A stretch of DNA of 11,264 bases from Candidatus Baldrarchaeum yapensis. Lineage in GTDB: Archaea > Asgardarchaeota > Baldrarchaeia > Baldrarchaeales > Baldrarchaeaceae. The notes below the pieces were generated by a model. That model worked only from the letters and a program-made list of their open reading frames with translations, did no database searches and was not told the DNA's origin. The stretch spans positions 1 through 11,264 of the forward strand of contig JAEOSH010000063.1 in the NCBI GenBank assembly GCA_016840465.1. Reading direction: 5' to 3'. A program made the position numbers and the translations under genes. Below, piece by piece: positions 8,690 to 11,264 of the stretch (positions are counted from its first letter, which is position 1; every line of letters starts with the position of its first letter).

Positions 8690-9235
8690 ACGCCAAGAGT
8701 AGATGGATGACACGCAACTCCTAGATAAAACATATAACGTATGGCTAAAATGATAGCTTAATCCCCTTTACACATACTAACCTGAGAACTACGGACCTGA
8801 AAGCTGATATCTGCTCCTTTCGTTGTTTAAGCTCCTTAGCGCTGGTATATCAGTCTCGTAATTCCCATGCTGGTCAACGTCTCATATTGTTCGAATATCG
8901 AAATTTGAGTCCCATACTTGGCAATTATCGGATGATCATTTTTCTGAGATCTCCCAATTATTACATTATTTTTCTGAAACACGTACCAAGAACTTCGATG
9001 CTGTATCCGTTACCTTGAAATAAAGGACATCACGTCACGTCGCCTGAAAGGCGAACTTGCAAAGGAGGTTCGGCATAATGTCCATTTTAAGATATACGCA
9101 GAGATGCGGCTTGCATGATAGAAAGATATTTGAGGGGGGACCGTACCCATAGGTAAGGTGTTTCATAGGAGAAATATAATGGGGGCAGAAACGTATAGTG
9201 TTGCATTTGTTGCCCTCGTGCACCTTTGCAACCTC

Positions 9236-9249
9236 AAAACCTTTATAAA
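9236..9249 (+). promoter_or_regulatory. Strong BRE/TATA promoter candidate
   Basis: CAAAACC-TTTATAAA with the TATA at 9242-9249. Expected start about 9268-9275, where the GC-rich structured element begins. Confidence 0.6.
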
Positions 9250-9267
9250 GGACTTCTGTTGTGTTAA

Positions 9268-9452
9268 GCGGGCTCCGCCCGGGATGTGGGAGGGGCGGTG
9301 AGAGGGAGGGAAGCCCGAAAGGGCGGAGCGAAGGGTCAGATGGATGTGCGGAGCACCGTTCCCCGCGAAAGCCCGTCGATGAACCCCGAGGCGGGAAGGC
9401 TCTCCGCTACAAATGCATCAAAAATCGTGAAAGTAGCGGAGAGTCAGAACGG
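9268..9452 (+). mobile_element. Non-autonomous tnpB-derived (IS200/IS605- or IS607-type) mini-element: left-end/leader fused to right end
   Basis: Abrupt GC-rich island. The 5' part has hairpins (CCGCCC/GGGCGG; GCCC-GAAA-GGGC) and ends AAGGGTCAGATG. The 3' part (9343-9452) aligns structurally with the tnpB 3' end at 11124-11023. Exact boundaries are uncertain. Confidence 0.7.
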
Positions 9453-9472
9453 CTCATAAAAGTACCGTCCGT
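9343..9472 (+). ncRNA. Putative stand-alone omegaRNA (TnpB guide RNA): scaffold ~9343-9452 plus ~20-nt guide
   Basis: Stem GCGG/CCGC with an 11-nt loop containing CCGTTC (9356-9361), which is complementary to GAACGG (9447-9452) and would form a pseudoknot. 13-bp terminal stem GGCTCTCCGCTAC/GTAGCGGAGAGTC (9398-9410/9433-9445). Confidence 0.6.
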
Positions 9473-9531
9473 ACTTCGACAAAATGGATTCCGTGCAGGA
9501 TCTATGTAATGTTCGCACAGCTCCGCTACAA
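9402..9531 (+). repeat. 11-bp direct repeat CTCCGCTACAA, each copy forming the 5' arm of a hairpin
   Basis: Exact copies at 9402-9412 and 9521-9531. The second hairpin is GCTCCGC-TACAAG-GCGGAGC (9520-9539). Confidence 0.6.
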
Positions 9532-9553
9532 GGCGGAGCCGGTGGGTTGAAGC

Positions 9554-10774
9554 ATGCGATCTTCGGGATCTTCCGGTCACGGATCACAACTATTACCACT
9601 ACTCGCATTTTCAACAGTCTACTTCTTTGATTTGGTATTTAGACATGCACTTTCAGCCGTACTTCCGTGGTACAGGGTTGACACGGGATTCTCGTACGCG
9701 CAGCTGGGCCTGATACTTTCGGCCTACTTCTTGGGATATGGGGCGATGCAGATCCCCGGGGGCATACTCACAGACAAACTTGATGTTAGAAAATTAGTAA
9801 TAATTAGCATGATCGTAACCTCAATCATCGTTGTTCTGTTTCCGATGGGCAATACTTTCTGGCAAGCGTTTTTGATAATGTTGCTCATAGGAGTCGCATC
9901 GGCAGTAATTTTTGTAGGTCTCACAAAGTTGACTGCTTTGGCTTTTGACTATAGTGTGAGGGCGAGAGTCCAAGGATCTTGGGCAGCAGCAGGATCTTTA
10001 GGTGGCTCCGTAGTGATGGTCATAGGACCTCTCATGGCCGCCTGGGGAATGTGGCGAGAACTCTTTTATATTTCCGGGATAATTGGCTTGTTGGCAACAC
10101 TATTCGCTATGAGGTACATTTTTCGGCTAAAAACACACGCCTTGGGCTCTTCATATGTAAATTATGATGGCGAAATGTCCTTTAATTCCAGAGAATTGCT
10201 TAGCAGAAAGAACGTATGGCTTCTATGTCTTGCACAGCTTATATTCACGGGAGTAGCGGTCTCAAGGACCCAGTGGACGACGGCTTATCTAAAGGAATTT
10301 ACATTGCTCTCCGCAGAGGAAATCGCTATCTACACAGTAGCACTCATACCCGCATCGATCATAGGGCCCATAATATCGGGCTGGGTTGCGGATAGAATTG
10401 GAAGAAGAAACGGGGTCATTATTTGCTTCCTCATATCCAATGCGTTCCTTGTCCTTTGGATATGGGTCTCTTTCCCTGGTAACCCGCTGTGGGTACTAAT
10501 TTTGATAGCTCAGCCCATGATGATCTTCAGCGGCGCCGTTTTCACAAACTACGTATTGGCAGCAGAAATCGGAGGCACGAAATATGGAGGACTTATAACG
10601 GGACTCGTCAATACGTTCGGGATGGGGATAGGAGGATTTGTTTTCCCGTATCTGATCGGCATTATTATCGAAATCTATGCATCATATCCTCTGGCATTCC
10701 TATTTTTGGTAATCACTACAATTCTTGGCGTGATGCTGGAACTTGGAGTGAAGGAAGAGAAAATGCAAAAATAG
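9554..10774 (+). CDS. Major facilitator superfamily transporter (ACS/sugar-phosphate-permease-like)
   Basis: About 12 hydrophobic segments; motif A twice (GGILTDKLDVRK; GWVADRIGRRN); GGTGG SD-like motif at 9541-9545. Confidence 0.92.
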   Translation: MRSSGSSGHGSQLLPLLAFSTVYFFDLVFRHALSAVLPWYRVDTGFSYAQLGLILSAYFLGYGAMQIPGGILTDKLDVRKLVIISMIVTSIIVVLFPMGNTFWQAFLIMLLIGVASAVIFVGLTKLTALAFDYSVRARVQGSWAAAGSLGGSVVMVIGPLMAAWGMWRELFYISGIIGLLATLFAMRYIFRLKTHALGSSYVNYDGEMSFNSRELLSRKNVWLLCLAQLIFTGVAVSRTQWTTAYLKEFTLLSAEEIAIYTVALIPASIIGPIISGWVADRIGRRNGVIICFLISNAFLVLWIWVSFPGNPLWVLILIAQPMMIFSGAVFTNYVLAAEIGGTKYGGLITGLVNTFGMGIGGFVFPYLIGIIIEIYASYPLAFLFLVITTILGVMLELGVKEEKMQK

Positions 10775-11002
10775 AAGGACTTCTATCAACAAATAACGTG
10801 ATATAATGCGATTCTTAACGGTAATATCTCATCTTTCACGATGTGGAGGGTTATGCTGAACGATTATCTTAATACCGTCATAATTGCCGAAAATTATCAT
10901 TTTAGCGGCTTTCGAAATGAGCAACTCTCTGTATCTTCTGCTCAACAGATAATATGCTCCGGACTTAAACACTTGTTCCTTATCCTTTTATGGCAAGTAA
11001 TT

Positions 11003-11124
11003 ACGTAAGAAGTGCGGAGATAGGGGTTCAGCGGATGTCCACATTAGTGAGCGGACATCCGCCTTGGGGCGCATCACCCTTTTCGGGCTCGCCCCCCTTC
11101 GGGGCAGCCCCGAGGCCCCACATC
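11003..11124 (-). ncRNA. omegaRNA overlapping the tnpB 3' end, including the element right end and a putative guide
   Basis: GATGT-GGGG-(11-nt loop)-CCCC-GAAG at 11124-11097; perfect 10-bp terminal stem GCGGATGTCC/GGACATCCGC (11031-11040/11053-11062); GAACCCC at 11029-11023, followed by AT-richer flank. Confidence 0.6.
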
Positions 11125-11264
11125 CGAAGGTTCAGAACGGCCACGACATCCCTATCCAATACCGATCCGCATTTTTTACACTTCATCGACCTGCCCCGAT
11201 AGGCCACCATCGTGGCCCGACGGACGGGGCGGGTCTTGGAGGAGTTTTCATCAAAATGAGCAAA
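11028..11264 (-). pseudogene. tnpB: TnpB (IS200/IS605 OrfB) C-terminal Zn-ribbon/RuvC-III fragment, continuing beyond the window; possibly degenerate
   Basis: Frame is open from 11264: FAHFDENSSKTRPVRRATMVAYRGRSMKCKKCGSVLDRDVVAVLNLRMWG... It has the typical SKT(C)P.(C)...CxxCG..DRD..A..N pattern, but the first CxxC reads RPVR. Confidence 0.85.

Noticed and set aside
9261-9509. 82-aa ORF MLSGLRPG...
   Set aside because: Runs through the structured element, has no recognisable domain, and its composition follows the GC-rich hairpins.
9402-9540. CRISPR array
   Set aside because: Only two 11-bp repeats, 119 nt apart, and no cas genes in view.
9261-9545. GC-rich structured region as RNase P RNA or SRP RNA
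   Set aside because: Size and terminal complementarity are suggestive, but there is no proper GAGGAA-N-UCC or ACAGAA-N4-GCUUA P4 pair and no SRP helix-8 motif. The tnpB-end match explains the region better.
9248-10784. 10-bp direct repeat AAGGACTTCT (9248-9257, 10775-10784) bracketing the mini-element and MFS as a target-site duplication
   Set aside because: Dozens of 10-mer matches are expected by chance in 11 kb, and IS200/IS605 elements do not make target duplications.
514-10806. Remaining shadow ORFs in the six-frame track (e.g. 514-894, 1086-1502, 1403-1822, 2199-2603, 3735-4106, 6065-6391, 10489-10806)
   Set aside because: They lie mostly within well-supported genes, on the opposite strand or in another frame, and have no protein-family features.
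10829-11008. Overlapping small ORFs (47 aa on minus, 10829-10972; 55 aa on plus, 10841-11008)
   Set aside because: No recognisable motifs; AT-rich flank where short ORFs arise by chance.
9268-11264. Composite transposon carrying the MFS gene
   Set aside because: The two elements are on opposite strands with right ends facing inward and have different end sequences, which does not fit single-strand TnpA mobilisation of the intervening gene.

Overview
Archaeal genomic window, judged from SepCysS, TATA-box promoters and GTG/TTG starts. Left to right: the 3' part of a glycosylated, membrane-anchored surface protein; class II lysyl-tRNA synthetase; an ABC-2/NatAB-like exporter pair; a minus-strand operon of Sep-tRNA:Cys-tRNA synthase (pscS) and Fe-S-type ThiI; a divergently transcribed, Cys-rich PP-loop enzyme of unknown substrate; an MFS transporter; and the 3' end of an IS200/IS605-type tnpB running off the right edge. 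Two observations stand out. (1) A ~185-nt ORF-less element at 9268-9452, just behind a strong TATA box, has the same stem/pseudoknot/terminal-hairpin architecture as the omegaRNA region of the tnpB at the right edge, with compensatory base changes. It looks like a stand-alone TnpB guide-RNA mini-element in the MFS leader. (2) Three enzymes carrying CxxC plus a distal Cys (SepCysS, ThiI and the uncharacterised PP-loop protein) share one 60-bp divergent promoter region, hinting at an undescribed sulfur-transfer or tRNA-thiolation module. All family assignments come from motif reading and recall; no searches were run.
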